The notes beneath the pieces were generated by a model. The model ran no database searches. It was not told the origin of the DNA and saw only the letters and a program-made list of their open reading frames with translations. A program made the translations under genes and the position numbers. From Camelus ferus (Eukaryota), in assembly GCF_009834535.1 (NCBI RefSeq), contig NC_045696.1, positions 23,500,001-23,564,000 on the forward strand: a DNA stretch of 64,000 nucleotides. The letters are read 5' to 3'. Each line of letters begins with the position of its first letter. Positions within the stretch are counted from its first letter, which is position 1. This document shows, piece after piece, positions 1-14,199 of the stretch.

Positions 1-1764
1 GGATAAACTACAGTTTCCTGATTAAATATGCAGAGCAAATTCCAACACAGGTCCCAGGTGATATGCTGGGTGTTAAGTTTCCCAAAATAATTTTTTTACC
101 AGTTTCTCAGTCGTGATTCTATCTTGGTTTTAAACGTCAATCCATATTGTACAAAGTCTCACCCCAGCTGGTTAAGCTGAGAGCAAGAAATGAAAATCAG
201 ATTTGATTCTCATATAATAAATACAGGAATTGTGACTTCAATGATGGAACATTGGAGAACTGAAGGATAGGGGATTTTTTGGTTTCTGGAGAATTTTCTT
301 CTTCCAAAAACAACTTGACTTGCATGGCTTGGGATATTTTGAGGTTACAAGCTGTGGGTTAAAATTAAGTCTCAGGGCTCACAAGTCTGGTAAAACCACA
401 AAGTTCTGTCTTGAATGGAATTTCTGGCAACACCAAGTTTTGCTTGCTTTCACCTGAAACCGTAATGAGAAGAGTCAAGTTTGGTTTGAGTAGAGAAAAG
501 AGAACGTAAACAAAGGAAACTTGTTTATCACACAACAGAGCAAGCAGGCAGTCTCCCTGGTGCCTGATCTGCCCAGCACTTAAGCAAGAATTCCGGAGAA
601 ATGTTCAAAGAGCCACTACTGTTGCTTCACCCAGTTTTTCCCCAAAGATTTGGGCATTCACGTTTCATCGTCCTGGGGGAGGGCATGGGGGTAAAGCTGC
701 ATATTTGTGGACAGTATGGCCATGGTTGGGAAATACCGTTGTGAGAACATGCTGGGTATAACAGCCAAAGTGCTTCTCCACATATTCAGTCAAATTAATC
801 CCTATCTGCCTCCCTCTCCCACTTTTTTGACTTTTAGTAACTTCTTTTCACCCCACTTCCATGTAACTCATGCCTTTTAATTTTCAATACCTTTATTATT
901 GATCACTAAAAATAAGTCATTCTTAGTTTGTAAAGATGGAGAGGCACTTTTGCCTATTTCTCCCACTAAGTACAGCTGGATATCCTGGACTCTAAAGAAG
1001 GCTCTGAATGGTGGGTAGAACAGGATGGACCGGCTTCAACCTGTGGACCCAGGGAAAGCTTACACCGTGGTAAGATTCCCGGGCTTTCTGTCTCACTTAC
1101 CTCAGACTCAGAGCTAAAGAAACCAGCAGGCGGGAAATGTTAATGGGCACCGACAACCAAGGCACAACAAAAGTCTGTTTTTCTCTTCCCAAAGGACTAG
1201 GGTCAGCCTAGATTATAAGAACTCAAGTCCCAAAGAATACCACAGAGACATCTGCGCCCCACACCCAGCTCCCCACCCTCACCCCCGGCCTTCTGCTCTG
1301 TGGTGTCAGAGGAGGCTGAGTGAGGACTAGGGAAGTCCAGCTCCATCAAGCATTCATGAATCCCACCCTGTTCTGGTGTCGGCAGCACCACATGGGGAAT
1401 CTGGACTTGTACCCCGACGCTGTCGTCATATAGCACCCCTCCCGCTCTGTGCTTCAGTGGCATCATATGAGACCTAGTGGAGGGTCCGAACTATACCAGT
1501 GCCACCCTCCCCTTGCCCCACATACCAGTGGAGGACACACGGGAAGCAATAAGCAGGCATTCTAGCCAGGGAGGTATCAGTGAAGGTCTCGGCAGAAGCC
1601 TTAATTCTCACCCACAGCCCAGAAGTAATGAGGGCCGCCTTAAGAACCCCCTCCCCCAACCATCAGGTCAACAAAGGCGGGGGAAACCTGGATTTCCACC
1701 TTCCTTTAGCAGTAATGAAGAGGTGCTCCCACATCCCTTGTTAGTTTCAGAGGAGGCCTGGTTA

Positions 1765-1945
1765 AACAAAAGATGTCGATGAGATCCAGTTTCATAGTAC
1801 AACATTCAAAATGTCCAGGATAAAATCACAGATCACTTACCTTACCAAGAACCAGGAAAATCTCCACCTGAATCAGAAAAGACCATCCACATATGCTAAT
1901 ACCAAGATGCTGCAGATGTTGGCATTATCTGACAAGGAATTTAAT
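1765..1945 (+). mobile_element. Ancient L1 5'/ORF1-proximal fragment
   Basis: aaaatgtccaggata...accaagaaccaggaaaatct...cagatgttggcattatctgacaaggaattta resembles old L1M 5' sequence. Confidence 0.5.
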
Positions 1946-2229
1946 GTAATTCTTCCTTAGCAGATTTGCTGTAACGGTTAGTTTCTCAGTGCAGTGGGCA
2001 GCTCAATTAAACTAGATTTAATGAAGTCTAATTCACATATAAGTGAATGTATTTGTGAAAATGCACACATGGTTACTCAGCACCAACAACCATAAAGAAG
2101 TAATCACAGCAATCAATGATGGCTTTTTACAAAATGAGATTATAGGTTAAGAAATTAAGAATCAGGGTAAAAAGTATCCACATAGGTGTATGTCTATACT
2201 TGTATCTACATCTGTATTTATGTATTTAA

Positions 2230-2647
2230 AGAGAGAGAGACTGACTTGTGAAGAACTAGCTCAGCACGAGTATGGGGGCCGAGAAGTCCCACAACCTGCC
2301 ATCGGCAAGCTGGAGACCCAGGAAAGCTCATGATGTCATTCAGTTAGTCTGAAGGCCTGAGAACCGTGGGAGTCTGTGCTCTAAGTCCCAGTCTGAGGGC
2401 AGGAGAAACGAGGGTCTCAGCTCCACAGTCAGGCAGAAAGGGCAAATTCCCCCTTTGTCAGCCTACTTCTAGCCAATGGACTGAGTGATACTCATTCCCC
2501 CCTGGGGGCTGGGGGTGGGGGGAGGGGGGAAGTCCACTTTATTGAGCCCACTGATCCAAACCAGACTGCTCTCACAGACGCACGCAGAAATAACGTTCAG
2601 CCAAATATCCGGGCACCCCTATTCCAGTCAAGTTCATACATATCACA
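2230..2647 (-). mobile_element. MLT2-like ERVL solo LTR
   Basis: gagaagtcccacaacctgccatcggcaagctggagacccaggaaag ... ccagtcaagttcatacatatcaca. Confidence 0.7.
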
Positions 2648-4958
2648 AAAGACAAGTGGCCCATCAAACTCTAAATTAAATAATTAATTTCCCATTTGCT
2701 ATGAACTACTTTCCTTCGTTAGAGAGTTCTCAGTGCCTCATTCCTTGAAAAACAAACCCAAAATTATTTTACTGAATCTCGTAAGTCTAAGATACTATTT
2801 CACTGCAAATATTGTTTCTTCCCTCTCTTTTTATAGTCAGACTTTATTGAGCCTTTATTTATGAGATATTGTCATGATTCAAAAGCTTTACAAGACTTTT
2901 TATAGAATTCTTTTCCCCCTCTAAGATAAGACTAAAAGTCCTCATAAACCTCTCCACTCTTAAAAGCAAGAGTTGGCATTCCTCGCTAGGGTTTCAAAAC
3001 AATGTGGTATCTTTAATTGCACGGTCATTTGTTTTTTTTTACATGATATCTTTCACCTGGTTTTTAACGTCAAGAGAAAAAAATTGTGGATGACTAACTT
3101 TTCCACTTAAACAAATACAAATGGAAATATAAAAGTATAAAAGATTAAAAAAAAAAGATAAATTTATCGTTTTCCTCTTTCCCTGGTTTTATTTGGAGGT
3201 TTGTGAATCTCAGGGATGGGTCCTATTAGGGGAAAGAAGAAGAGATGGTATTCAGTTTGAATATAAAATAAAAGATCTAAGAAGGAAAGGAAAGAAGGGG
3301 CAAGGGAGGGAGGGAAGGAAGGGAGAGAGGGAGATGCTCTCTTATGCAGTATCTCCAACATGTGACCATATTTATGAAGAATTGTTCCTTGTCTTATAAA
3401 ACCATCTCACCGTGCTGTGACTGAGTTCTTGAAAATTGCCCGAAACATAGAGAATGGAGATTTTCTACCCTGGACTTTGTAGTATTGCCGAGTTATCTGA
3501 GGTAGAACACACTGATTATAATTCTTTCCAAATTAGTAAACCACAAAAAGGTAGGAAGCAGAAAATTACTTGCAAGCAAGATGAAGCCAGTATTTATAGT
3601 AATTAAGAGATGAGGCATTTGAGGGGAGTTAATTTAAGGAGGGGGAGAATCTACATTACTTAATTAGATAACACACTTTTATAGAGACACACACAGTACA
3701 TGCTAAGCACCCCGTGCTCCAACCTCTAGTATCCAAGACAGCTGCCTTTCAGCTCTACAGTTAAGATGGAAATGTGAGATGCAAATACTTGAGCTTTACC
3801 TGGGCTATACTTTCCTTTCTGCTTAGATTACAATTGATTGTACACAATTGGAGAACATGTTAATGACATCTGAAAACTCTTAAACCTTTATAAATTAACT
3901 TGGAGGTATGGCCAGTCCTTGCATTAGTAGGTAAATTCTTGCAATCTTAGCGCAAAGGAAAGCTCAGCTGTTTAAAACATTCTTTCTGATTTTCAGGACT
4001 AGGTCACATTTCTGTGGAATATCTCGGGAATTAGCCAGCATTTGCTCCAATTTAGTTCTTCTCTGATTGGTTCTGCAGCCCCCCTGAAAAAAACTCTGGA
4101 TAATAAAGATTCAGAACATTACAAAGATAGTATGAAAAGCCAGAATTTCTGGAGAAAAGCTTGGGGAGTGGGGGTAGCAGCTGTCTGAATGCCTAATAAG
4201 GTTCAGGCCCACTTGGGAAAGAGTTTTTCTATAGATGATACCTACTCTGTTATTTGATAGTAAACTCCAATAGTCACAGTTACAAAGGGTACATTGTAAA
4301 TGTGACCCACCTGTTGAGCTTTGCCATGTCACTTCAACAGCTTTCAAGAATTTTTTCTGCAAGTATTTAGAAAAAAATTTATGGGAGTTAAATGACACTA
4401 GAAAAAGTAGAGTCAAAAGAGAAATCCTTCTGGAAGTTTTTACATACTACTTCACAGTTTACAATGTGTTGTACATACAACCTCAGTCAATAGCCTGTTT
4501 ATTCCCATCCAGTCATGCTGGAAGGAGTACAATTCCATGTGTTAGATGACTCAGAAGTACATAAAAATCAGCTTGGCCCTGACCGTGCAAATACAATCTG
4601 AACTCAATTTTTAAGAAACCACAGATTTTTCTCCTTAGGGAATGGACTGTTTGTGGGCAGTCTGTCTCTTTATAAGAAAATTATTTTTCAACGGAGCATT
4701 TTCACAGGCTGAAACTAACTGAGAATTCCAGTTCTTTCATTGCATAAATGTATCTAAACATTTCAAAGAAATACTCTAAAAACTAAACATGAGCTATTTT
4801 CTTGTTTTCCCAGTTAAAATACCTATGTGGAGCCTTAGGTAAAATTCTTCTCAAGGACTGATTTTCCTCATCTGACCAAACCAATGAGTGCCAAGTCTTG
4901 CAAAATGCCTTGCTTTCACTTCTTGGGTGGTGAGGTGGGAAAGCAATGTCACTTACCA

Positions 4959-5615
4959 TGTGTCAGCGACCAGCTCATTACCTCTCATCTCCGAGTCCAC
5001 TCTCATTGCCCTGCTGATGATACTGGAGCTGGACCCTGTGAACATTTCTTTTCTCAGGTGACACAGTGTTATGTGTTGTCAGCAGGTGGCTCTAGAGGAC
5101 ACTGCAGGGAAAAGAGGCTTTGTTTTGGTGTGTTTTTCCCCACTTGCTCCCGTGGTGCACAATATCCAGCCATGCATGGGACACCAGTGAGTTCTGCTGA
5201 ATGGCACCTCCACAATGGGCCACTTCCTCTGGCACCTCAGAGGGCAGATTCCCAGCAAATTCCATCAAGCAACACTTTCCTGTGGACAGTTTTCCAAGCA
5301 CCCAGAAGGTGGCTTCCTGGCAATTTTGGCTGGCAACGTACCTCAGATAACTTCACCATCCTGTAGGCATGGCCATGGCCATACCCCCTCCATGGGAGGG
5401 GAGGAGAACCTCTTCCAGATTTGTTGCTTCTCTTGCTGTCCTGGCTCAGGTCTAGAGGCAATGGCTTCTCTCTATTTATGTTCTTCCATTATTTTTTAGA
5501 GTTTTTATGTCAGTAACTAATCTAGATTGGTTATAGTTATGAATACTTTATATTAAAATTTCTTTGTTAAAATTATAATATGATTTCTCTCTCTTGATTG
5601 GACCCTGAATGACAT
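4959..5615. mobile_element. ERVL LTR (LTR33/LTR16-like)
   Basis: tgtgtcag start, gatactggagctggaccctgtgaacatttc motif, ends ttgattggaccctgaatgacata. Confidence 0.55.
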
Positions 5616-5965
5616 AGACCTTCAAACAGTTTTAAATTTAATAGTGACTGACAATACAAGTACAAACTTGATTAGAAAAAATTACGTTACAATAATCAAG
5701 CAAATCTAAAACATTATCTTAAAAATACATGATTCCACAATTTTTCTTTCAGTAGACGCTATTCTAAAATATCCATTTACAGTCAACATAAATAAACCAT
5801 CTAATAGAATAAATATTATCAAACTAATTTGTTTATTACTGATGTTTGAAAGGAAATTTTCTTTAGTGGAAATGCTGCTAAAATATTGACACAGGTATCC
5901 ATCAGTAAAAATGCCAAATGAAATGAGATCAACTATGTACCTTTAAAAATATATCAATTTGTATA

Positions 5966-6423
5966 CAGATCTCACTCAACTTACGATGGGGTTATATTCT
6001 AATAAACCCATCATAAATTGAACACATCTTAAGTCAAAAATGTATTTAATACATCTAACCTACCAAACACCTAGCTTAGCCCAGCCTACCTTAAATGTGC
6101 TCAGAACACTTACATTAGCTTACAATTTGTCCAGATCACCTAACGTAAAGCCTAAAATGTTGAATATCTCACGTAACATATTGAACACTGTACTGGAAAT
6201 GAAAAACAGAATGGTTGTAAGCTTACTGGTTCTTTATCCTCATGATTTCATGGCTGACTAGGAGCTGTGGCTCCCTGCCACCACTGAGTATCACAAGTAT
6301 CACTGGCCTGGGAAAAGATCAAAATTAAAACATAGAAGTACACTTTCAATTGAATGCTTAACACTGTTGCACCATCATAAGTCAAAAAATCATAAGAGGG
6401 GCATTTAAGTCAGGGATCATCTG
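5966..6423. mobile_element. TcMar-Tigger MITE (MER47-like)
   Basis: ta|cagat...caacttacgatggggtta...tagcttagcccagcctaccttaaatgtgctcagaacacttacattagc...taagtcagggatcatctg with degenerate terminal inverted repeats. Confidence 0.75.
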
Positions 6424-7563
6424 CACATATCAGATCACATACTTTAAAACACCTCTGAACTTCCTGAATGGAAGTCTACTCTCTATCACTAATGTTGGCA
6501 TTTTAAAGCACATGGATCAAAGGAAGTGAGATAATATTTAGAGATATTAAGGGCCACTTTTGCTCTTAACCAAATAAATATGTAGGTTAACATTTCCTTT
6601 CGCAACTTTTCTGTCGAAAGGTGTCCTCCCTCTCTCTCCCTCCAGGTGCAGAATATCCTCAAGATGCCAGAACGTAGTCTTGAAAGTTTCTGTAGATTGA
6701 AGATTATTACGTTTCAAGCAACAGAAACTTATGATTTCTAACTTCAGCAAGTATGAATTTGTTTCAGCTTTATTGGGCAACTTACAAAATTGGCAGGAAG
6801 TCTGGAGGGTCAGGATTGGGAAAGGCTTGGGACAAAAGAGCCTCTGGAATTCCAGGCAGCAGGCATACTCCATCATCCTGTCAAGGATAACTGCAAGAAG
6901 TAATGAGCTCCAAACATTCTTCTGTCCTTAAGTCTTTCTACTCAAAAGGCAAAGTCCTCAGAGAGTGAGCCAGTTTCTCTAGCCTAGTCATACACCTATT
7001 TCTTGCCTAGAAGAGAGTGCATGGTGATTTTCAGAAAAATTGCAGTTCTGATTTCTCGCCAAAATTGCACAAATTAGAGGAGTTAATGAAAGTCAGGATG
7101 ATATTAGCTGAAGTAGGGTGAAAGGATACTGGAAGGGCAAAACACATTTTTTCCAATACATAAGCCATTGAGATCAAGTCTCTCATTCCTCAAGCACCAA
7201 AGCTAACAGGTAAGTAACAGATGAAATACACTCAAACATTAATTGACTGTAATTGTCTAAAGTCTGGTAAACTTGGTCTCCTGTGGGCTATTGATGTGTT
7301 AAAAGAGGAACATGGCCAAACACTCCAAAGAACATTGAAAAGGCAGATCTACTTTGCATATTCCCCAATGCATTTCTCCTGGTGAACTATCACATTATAT
7401 GCTATCAAGCCAAAAATATTAGAGATGCTAATGTGGTATCCACAGCTAAAATGTTCTCTCTTCTCCAAGAAGGAGAATTAAGGTCTGATGAGGTCTTCTT
7501 TGTCTGCCCTTAGGATCTGTTCAGAAAAAGATGTTCAAATAGTCATGAGGAGTCTTCATCTGA

Positions 7564-8041
7564 GTATATTAGCCTCCTGTGGCTACTGTAAAAATTACCA
7601 CAAACTTGGCAGCTTCAAACAGCCAAGATTCTCTCACAGTTCTGGAGGCCAGCACATTAGTCTCCCTGGACTGAAGTCAAGGTGTCAGCAAAGGTGTGTT
7701 CCCAGTGGAGTCTCTAGAGGAGAATTTATTCCTTGCCTCTTCCATCTGTTGGTGGTTGCTGGAATTCCTTTAATGTGACCACATCACTCCAATGTCTGCA
7801 TCCGTCTTTATGTGGCCTTCTCCTTTTATGTTCTCTTCTGTCTCAAATTTCCTTCTGCTTCTCTCTTACAAGGACACTTGTGACTGCATCTAAAGGTCAT
7901 TCAGATAATCCAGGATAATCTCCAATATCAAGATCCTTTATTTAATTCCATATGCAAGGCCCTTTTTCTTCATAAGGTAACATTTGTAGGTTCCAGGAAT
8001 TAGGACCTGTTATCAGTGGGTAGCCATTATTCAGCCTACCA
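7564..8041 (-). mobile_element. MaLR LTR (MLT1-type)
   Basis: attaccacaaacttggcagctt...ctctcacagttctggaggccag...gccattattcagcctacca. Confidence 0.8.
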
Positions 8042-8479
8042 TGTTGAGTACCACTCAAAGTGCTTTGACTTTTGTCTGGATGTAACAGCTGAATAACTTT
8101 GGGCTATTTTCCTTGGAGAGAGGGTAAATGTGTTCTATATTTGGAAAGAAAAAGGTGAGGTATGAAGCAGCTGCCCCACTAGCCATGTGACTGGTCAGGT
8201 CTAGATGCAGCCATGTGGCCAGGGGTTGTCCAGTGAAAAGGGAATAGAAGTAACTGATGTTTGTCATTCTGGGACAAAGATATTAAGAGGCGAATGGCAT
8301 TCCACAACAGTTTCTTTTCTCTTCTTTCAGCTGGATAAGTCTATGAAAAGTAGAGTATTGAGACACACAAAAAAAGGAAAAATCCAAGTCCATCAGTTGT
8401 GTGGAAGAAAGGTATCTGCAATATAGTTGAAACAGAATAAGTACAAAGAAACATCCACATAGAAACTTTGTAGTGAAAA

Positions 8480-8800
8480 TACCAGCATCCAACAAATAAA
8501 GATCTAAAAACCGTAAGAAAGAAAAAACCACCTACAAAGTCATGGATAGATTGATGACAGAATTTTCAGCAGTAACAAGGGAGGCCAGAAGAAAATGGAA
8601 AGACCTTAAAGGGTTGAAATAAAATACATATCAACTAAGAATTGTGTATCCAGCCAAACTTTATTACTAGAATAAGAATGAAATTAAGGCATTTTAGAAA
8701 TCAAAACCTTTGCATGTTTATCACTATAACTAAAGGAACTTCAGATGTACTTCAGTAAGAAGAAAATTGATTACAGGATGGCAGAATATAAGAAATATTG
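8480..8800 (+). mobile_element. Decayed L1 ORF1 fragment
   Basis: ggaggccagaagaaaatgg...aactaagaattgtgtatccagccaaact...aatgaaattaaggcatttt. Confidence 0.6.
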
Positions 8801-11800
8801 AACAAATAGATGATTAATAGGTCTATAGATATAAAGCAATTTGTCAGTATAAGTTATTAATGATTCTATCCAATTTTGAAAGCTAAAAAAAGAGAATAGA
8901 ACTAAACAGGTGGGTAGCTACAGCATGTGAGTTGCAAGGCTGCTGTATTTGAGCTAAACGCCAATTATTAAATTTGAGTGTATACATGAATTTTGATTCT
9001 ACCTCAGGTTAAAGCAAAGACCTGGCTGAGGATGCCGATTAAAAGAAATAACCAAGGCAACTATTTATTTTTGCAAAATACATGTATTTTTCTTCAACAA
9101 GCTAACTAAGCGATCAACCAATTGAGCAAACAAGCCACGGCAGCTGATACACCAGGAAGGGATGTACTACCCTTTGGCCAAATTTGGCCATTCTATTTCC
9201 TTCAGTTGCTGTTTATACCCAGATGATCCTTTGCTCATAAATATTCTCTACCCAAGCAGCACTAGGTGGTGGTAGTAACCTCATGTAATTGCAGCAAGAT
9301 CAAAGTACTCCACAGAGAGGCAGGGAGTAGAGCGCTGTTCTTATCTGTTGAGAGTCAGGCTAGTTACTTTATGCCAACAGGGACCTGGGCATGTTTGATA
9401 TGTCTTACGTTCTGTTGGTTCAAATTGACATCAACATTATCTGTGCCTTTAGACTCAAAGTAAATAGGGTGTATACAACAGATGTTATTTGTTTACAAAG
9501 TAAGTGTTTATTAGGTATTTGTCAGTATCAACTTTTTCAGAATTATGGAGATTAACCAATCAGAAAACTTTCATTAATGGTGGAGTACTGTCCTACCAGA
9601 GGACTCATCTCCTAGGAAGCAATTGTAAAACTTGGACTAAGGCACTGAAGAGGAAATTGAGTCAGACAGACTTAGATGTGGAGTATACCCTCAAGGGAAG
9701 GTGGTGGAGCAGAATGAAGCAAGTGTACCTACATGTATGACTTTTAGCCTAAAGTTAATTGCAGTCTTTGAGGTCACCCAGTTGTAGTGGGGGGCACTTA
9801 TGAAAAATCACACTGTGTTTCTGGGCCAGGGAGCTGAAAAATTGATGCTAGAAAAATACTACTGTAGTGAGGAAAGACCCTGGAAGGGGAAGAGCCAGAG
9901 AAAAAGCAGAAAATCTACATCTTTAACCAAACAACAGACTCAAAACGACCTTCTTTCAAGAATTCTGCTGCACAAACTCCAGATATCTCAGCCTCTGTGT
10001 ACTCTAATTTCTGTCTTCTCAACTTAGCAAGATCACCATGCTCTTCTTGGTCTCTTTCTTGTAAGAAATGAAGGACTTCTTAGGTTTTTTTTCCCAGCCT
10101 GGGCACACTACAGCTCTGCCCATGTGTAAACTTCTAGATCCCAGGAATGTACCAGGGCTTTAAAAAAAATCCATGTGGATATTTTATTTTCCAAATTATT
10201 CTTTCATGTTTTGGGGCCAGCGTTTTGTTTGCCCTAACTGGTATTGCTACCTCAGCTACCTGTATGTTAAGTAATTGCTGCTGATTGTTTTCCACAAATG
10301 CTCTGGGTGTAGTACTTTTCCCACTGAGCAAGTTCTGAGTTGGTTCAAATAAAGCAAACTCTTTCAAGTGGACTTTTCCAGGATGCTGCCAGAGAAGTAA
10401 AGTAGTAATAGTTATCTGGGGATGAGGTTTTTTGGAGAGTACCAAACCATCCTTTCCCCTTCAGTGGTTATTAAGTTGCTGGTTTTCAAGGCTACCATGG
10501 AGCTGGGGGAGGAGATGAGAATAGGAAATATTAAAATGCCACAGGGCTCATTTTTCATACTAAGGTTGCCATTTTTCATGAGTATTACTTCTCAGATTGT
10601 CACAATCCTTTAATAAATTTCTAGAGTTCTGAAATAAACTGGTTTTGATCATTTTTATTTTCTCATAGTTTTTATGGAGGAATGTATTTTCAGAGGTCCT
10701 TACTCCAGCACTTACTACTTTTTCTTCTCCCATGTATATAATTTTTCTTTTGCTCTTCATTCTTTATTATATCTCTAACTGCCATTTGAAGTGTTCTATT
10801 TTGCCATTTAATTCCTTGAACCCATTTATCACATTTATTTTAAAGGCTTTGTAAGATTATTCCATGATCTGAATCTCCCACATATCTTTTTCTGATGACT
10901 TTTTCCTTGTCATGTAAATTCAAAGTCGAGTCTCCTCTAGTTTTTGTTGTACTTGTTTGCTTTGTCTGATTTGGTCTGCTTGAGTGCAGGAGAGGATACG
11001 TAAAGTTTAAAGTGACAATATCAGGCTCTGGATGACATATCTTTACCTACAGAGGATTTACCTGGATTTCTGGCAGGCAGCTTAGCTAAGGGTGCAGGCA
11101 ACTCCAATTCACATTAATTTTATCAGTCATTGAAATGACTCAAACCTGGGCTTTAGTCCCTTAGGGGCCTATTTCTGTTTGCTCTTGTTCTTTAGAGTGT
11201 AACCATTCACGGTGCCAGCACAAAGTTTTTTCCCAAGGTGTCTCCTCATATATGGGTTTTGAACTCCAGTCCCCTGGACCCTGGACCCTCAACCTCATGA
11301 GTCTGTCTAAAGTGCTGCTCAGCTTCTGTCCCTCTGAGCTGCCTCTTTGGGAATTGGTGAGCACACTGAAGAGAAAAGCAGCATCTGCCTTGGTTTCCAT
11401 TCTTCCCTAGATTCAAGCCTGTACGAATCCTCAATCCTCATGACTTCAGTGGTTCTCCAATGCCTTCACATAGATATATATACTTTATTTTGTGCAGGAG
11501 ACTTCTTTCTTTCTTTTTTTTAAAGGAAAGATTGCTCTGAATTAATTGACTGTACCATTCCCAGAAATAAAAACTCCACTGAAAATTTTATTTGTTGACC
11601 TTGGGTTTCTGAACCTACTTGAGGCAGGTTTTGTTTTGTTTTTGTTTTTTAACCCAAGAAAGAGTTACTTCCCATCAGGATGAATGGAATTCAAGAAAGA
11701 GAATGTTGGCCTCCTCATGCTGCTGGCAACCACCTGGGTTAGAATCAGACCTGCTGACCCAACCTCTATGTGTACCGCCTGGATTTGCATTCTACAAAGT

Positions 11801-11884
11801 TACTCTTATTTTTAAGCAAAGGGAAGATCTGAGAGGATTTGCATCAAAGGAAGAAACCAAAGGGATCATCCCAACTTTGGCTGG

Positions 11885-12200
11885 TGTATTACTTTGCTAG
11901 GGCTTTCTTAACAAAGTACCACAGATTGAGTGGCTTAAAAAAATAGAAATGCATCTCCTCACAATTCTGGAGTCTGTAAGTCCAAGATCAAGGTGCTGAC
12001 AGGATTGCTTTCTTCTGAGGCCCTGCTCCTTGGCTTGTAGAACATGGCTATCTTCTCCTTGTGTCTTCACAATTGCCCTCCTTGATTACCTCATGATTAT
12101 TTCTCCAATGACCCTATATACAAATACAGTAACATTTTAAGGTAAAAGGGTTGGGATTTCAATATAAGAGTTTTAAGGAGAAATAATTCTGCCCATAACA
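11885..12200 (-). mobile_element. MaLR LTR (MLT1A/B-like)
   Basis: tgtattactttgctagggct...aacaaagtaccacagattgagtggcttaaa...aagtccaagatcaaggtg...cccataaca. Confidence 0.8.
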
Positions 12201-13714
12201 CCTGGGATAGTGAATCTTGGCTCTCAGGGAGAAATATTATTATTTCTATATTTTAGAAGCCATTACAATTTAGGGTCAAATTCAGAGACCTCCTACAGAG
12301 CCTTTGGGAAATGGCTGTTCAAACCACTTGCCCTGGGAAAACTTGCCCAGAGAATGTCAATGATTCTTACTGCTAAGTCCTCAAGACCACTGTACCTTCT
12401 GCTCTTTCCAAGGCCTGGGTGTTCAACATTTCTTTGAATATAACGGGATGTCTCAGTATTTTTCAAAGACTGTCTTTATTTTACTTAAAATTATCTCATT
12501 TCAATATCTTAATTTTTAGACAACAATAGAGAATTAAAAATGCTTTAACTTCTTCAGCAGACTTTTAAAAATAAGTGAAATTCTTTTTCAAAATAATTTA
12601 CATTATTCCATCAAAGACTAACCCCATGGAGAGCATACATCTTCAGATTCCTGAATAGCTGAACTATCACAAGTATGAAATTACCAAAGTAACAGATCTC
12701 CTAATGTAGACACCAAATCTCTGGGATATAGGAAAATTTCAAGCAGTTAATTCTTTAAGCTTAGATAGTAGCACATGTATTTAATATTTACCAAATATGG
12801 ACTGTGTAGTTTTACATAGTTTAAAACGGGATTGTGGCGCTTACAAAAACGAAACCACCCACTAATCCATTGCCCCGATCCCCAAACGATATATAATCCA
12901 GCTGAGGAGACATTGAAAACACGGACTATTACATGGAACTTTGAGAGTCAGCTTTACACGGAGACCACACTATCCCCTGAGTTACGAGACAGTTATCTTA
13001 GTGCACGTATTGTGTTGCCAAAGCAAACATAAGGATTACTGACATGTAAGGTAGGAAAATTAAGAGTACATTGAATTCAACTAGAAATAGCTGAATTTCC
13101 AGCAAAGTCAATCATTTATGATATAGATAGTTCTAAAGAGTGGCTAAAAGTAGAAAACATTTTGAGTGCAAAATAAAGGTTATTATGGTTATAATGATAG
13201 GCCTTGCATTCCTGTTTGACTTCCAGGACAAAAACAGTTTCTTTTTTCATATGTCTAACATATGAGAGTAAAAAAAGATCCTGGGAAATTTGGGGGGGAA
13301 ACATTTTGACCATCTCATTCTTTTCACTGATTATGTAATATTGTATAACTATAGAGAATAAAAGAATAAAAAACGATCACTTAGTACCTACTTTCTTGTA
13401 AAAATGTGAATTAAAGAGTCATCATAAAGACTTAAAGTATTTATAATAGTGTTGTCTTACAGGAAAAAAAGTAAAGAAGCTTTTAAAGTGAAAGTACATA
13501 GATTTGAGCAAGTGTATTAGCATTTTCTTCTTTTTCCACTTTATTAAAAAGGAAAAAATAAACTATTCCCTAAATACAGTATTATAACACCACCTACTGG
13601 GAATTTAGAAGACAACAATCAAGTTACTTCAGTGTAACTATCCTTGCTTCAAATATAAGCATTTTAAAAAAATTATTAATTCAGCTGTGTTGCTGAATTC
13701 TTGAAGCTGTTCCA

Positions 13715-14075
13715 ACACGCTTTCTGTCTCCACCACTCCACTGAAATGATCCTTGTCAAGAAAACCCACTCTTCTGTCCTCATGTTACTCAGAAACACTT
13801 ATCATAGGTGACTACTTCCTACTTTTAGAAAAATTCTTCTATCTTGGAGTAAGAGACACCAGACTTCTTAAATTCATTGGATAGGCTTCTTTATTTCCTT
13901 TGCTGGTTTTCCCTCCAACACAGCACCTTTTAATACTCAGAACTCAGTCCTGGGCTCTTCTCTCTACATCATCTTTTTGTATAACATGAATTCCCTTAAG
14001 TATCTGTACCTCAGACGTGATGATTCTCAAATTTATATCTGTAGGGGACAATTCTGCTCCAAACTCCAGACTGAA
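13715..14075 (+). mobile_element. L2 fragment
   Basis: ccaccactccactgaaa...ctcagtcctgggctcttctct...gattctcaaatttatatct...ctccagact. Confidence 0.6.
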
Positions 14076-14199
14076 AACTCCAACAGCAAACTTTCCTATG
14101 TACAGAAAAGTAAAATGTATTAAATCATATGAAATTGGAAGCAAGTCCAGAGACCTCCCAGATGTCCTTTTCCAATCACACATTTTTCCTTCCTCCTAT

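Noticed and set aside
4884..5366. 160-aa ORF, the longest in the track
   Set aside because: It lies entirely within an ERVL-type LTR, has no recognisable domain, and is overlapped by equally arbitrary ORFs in other frames.
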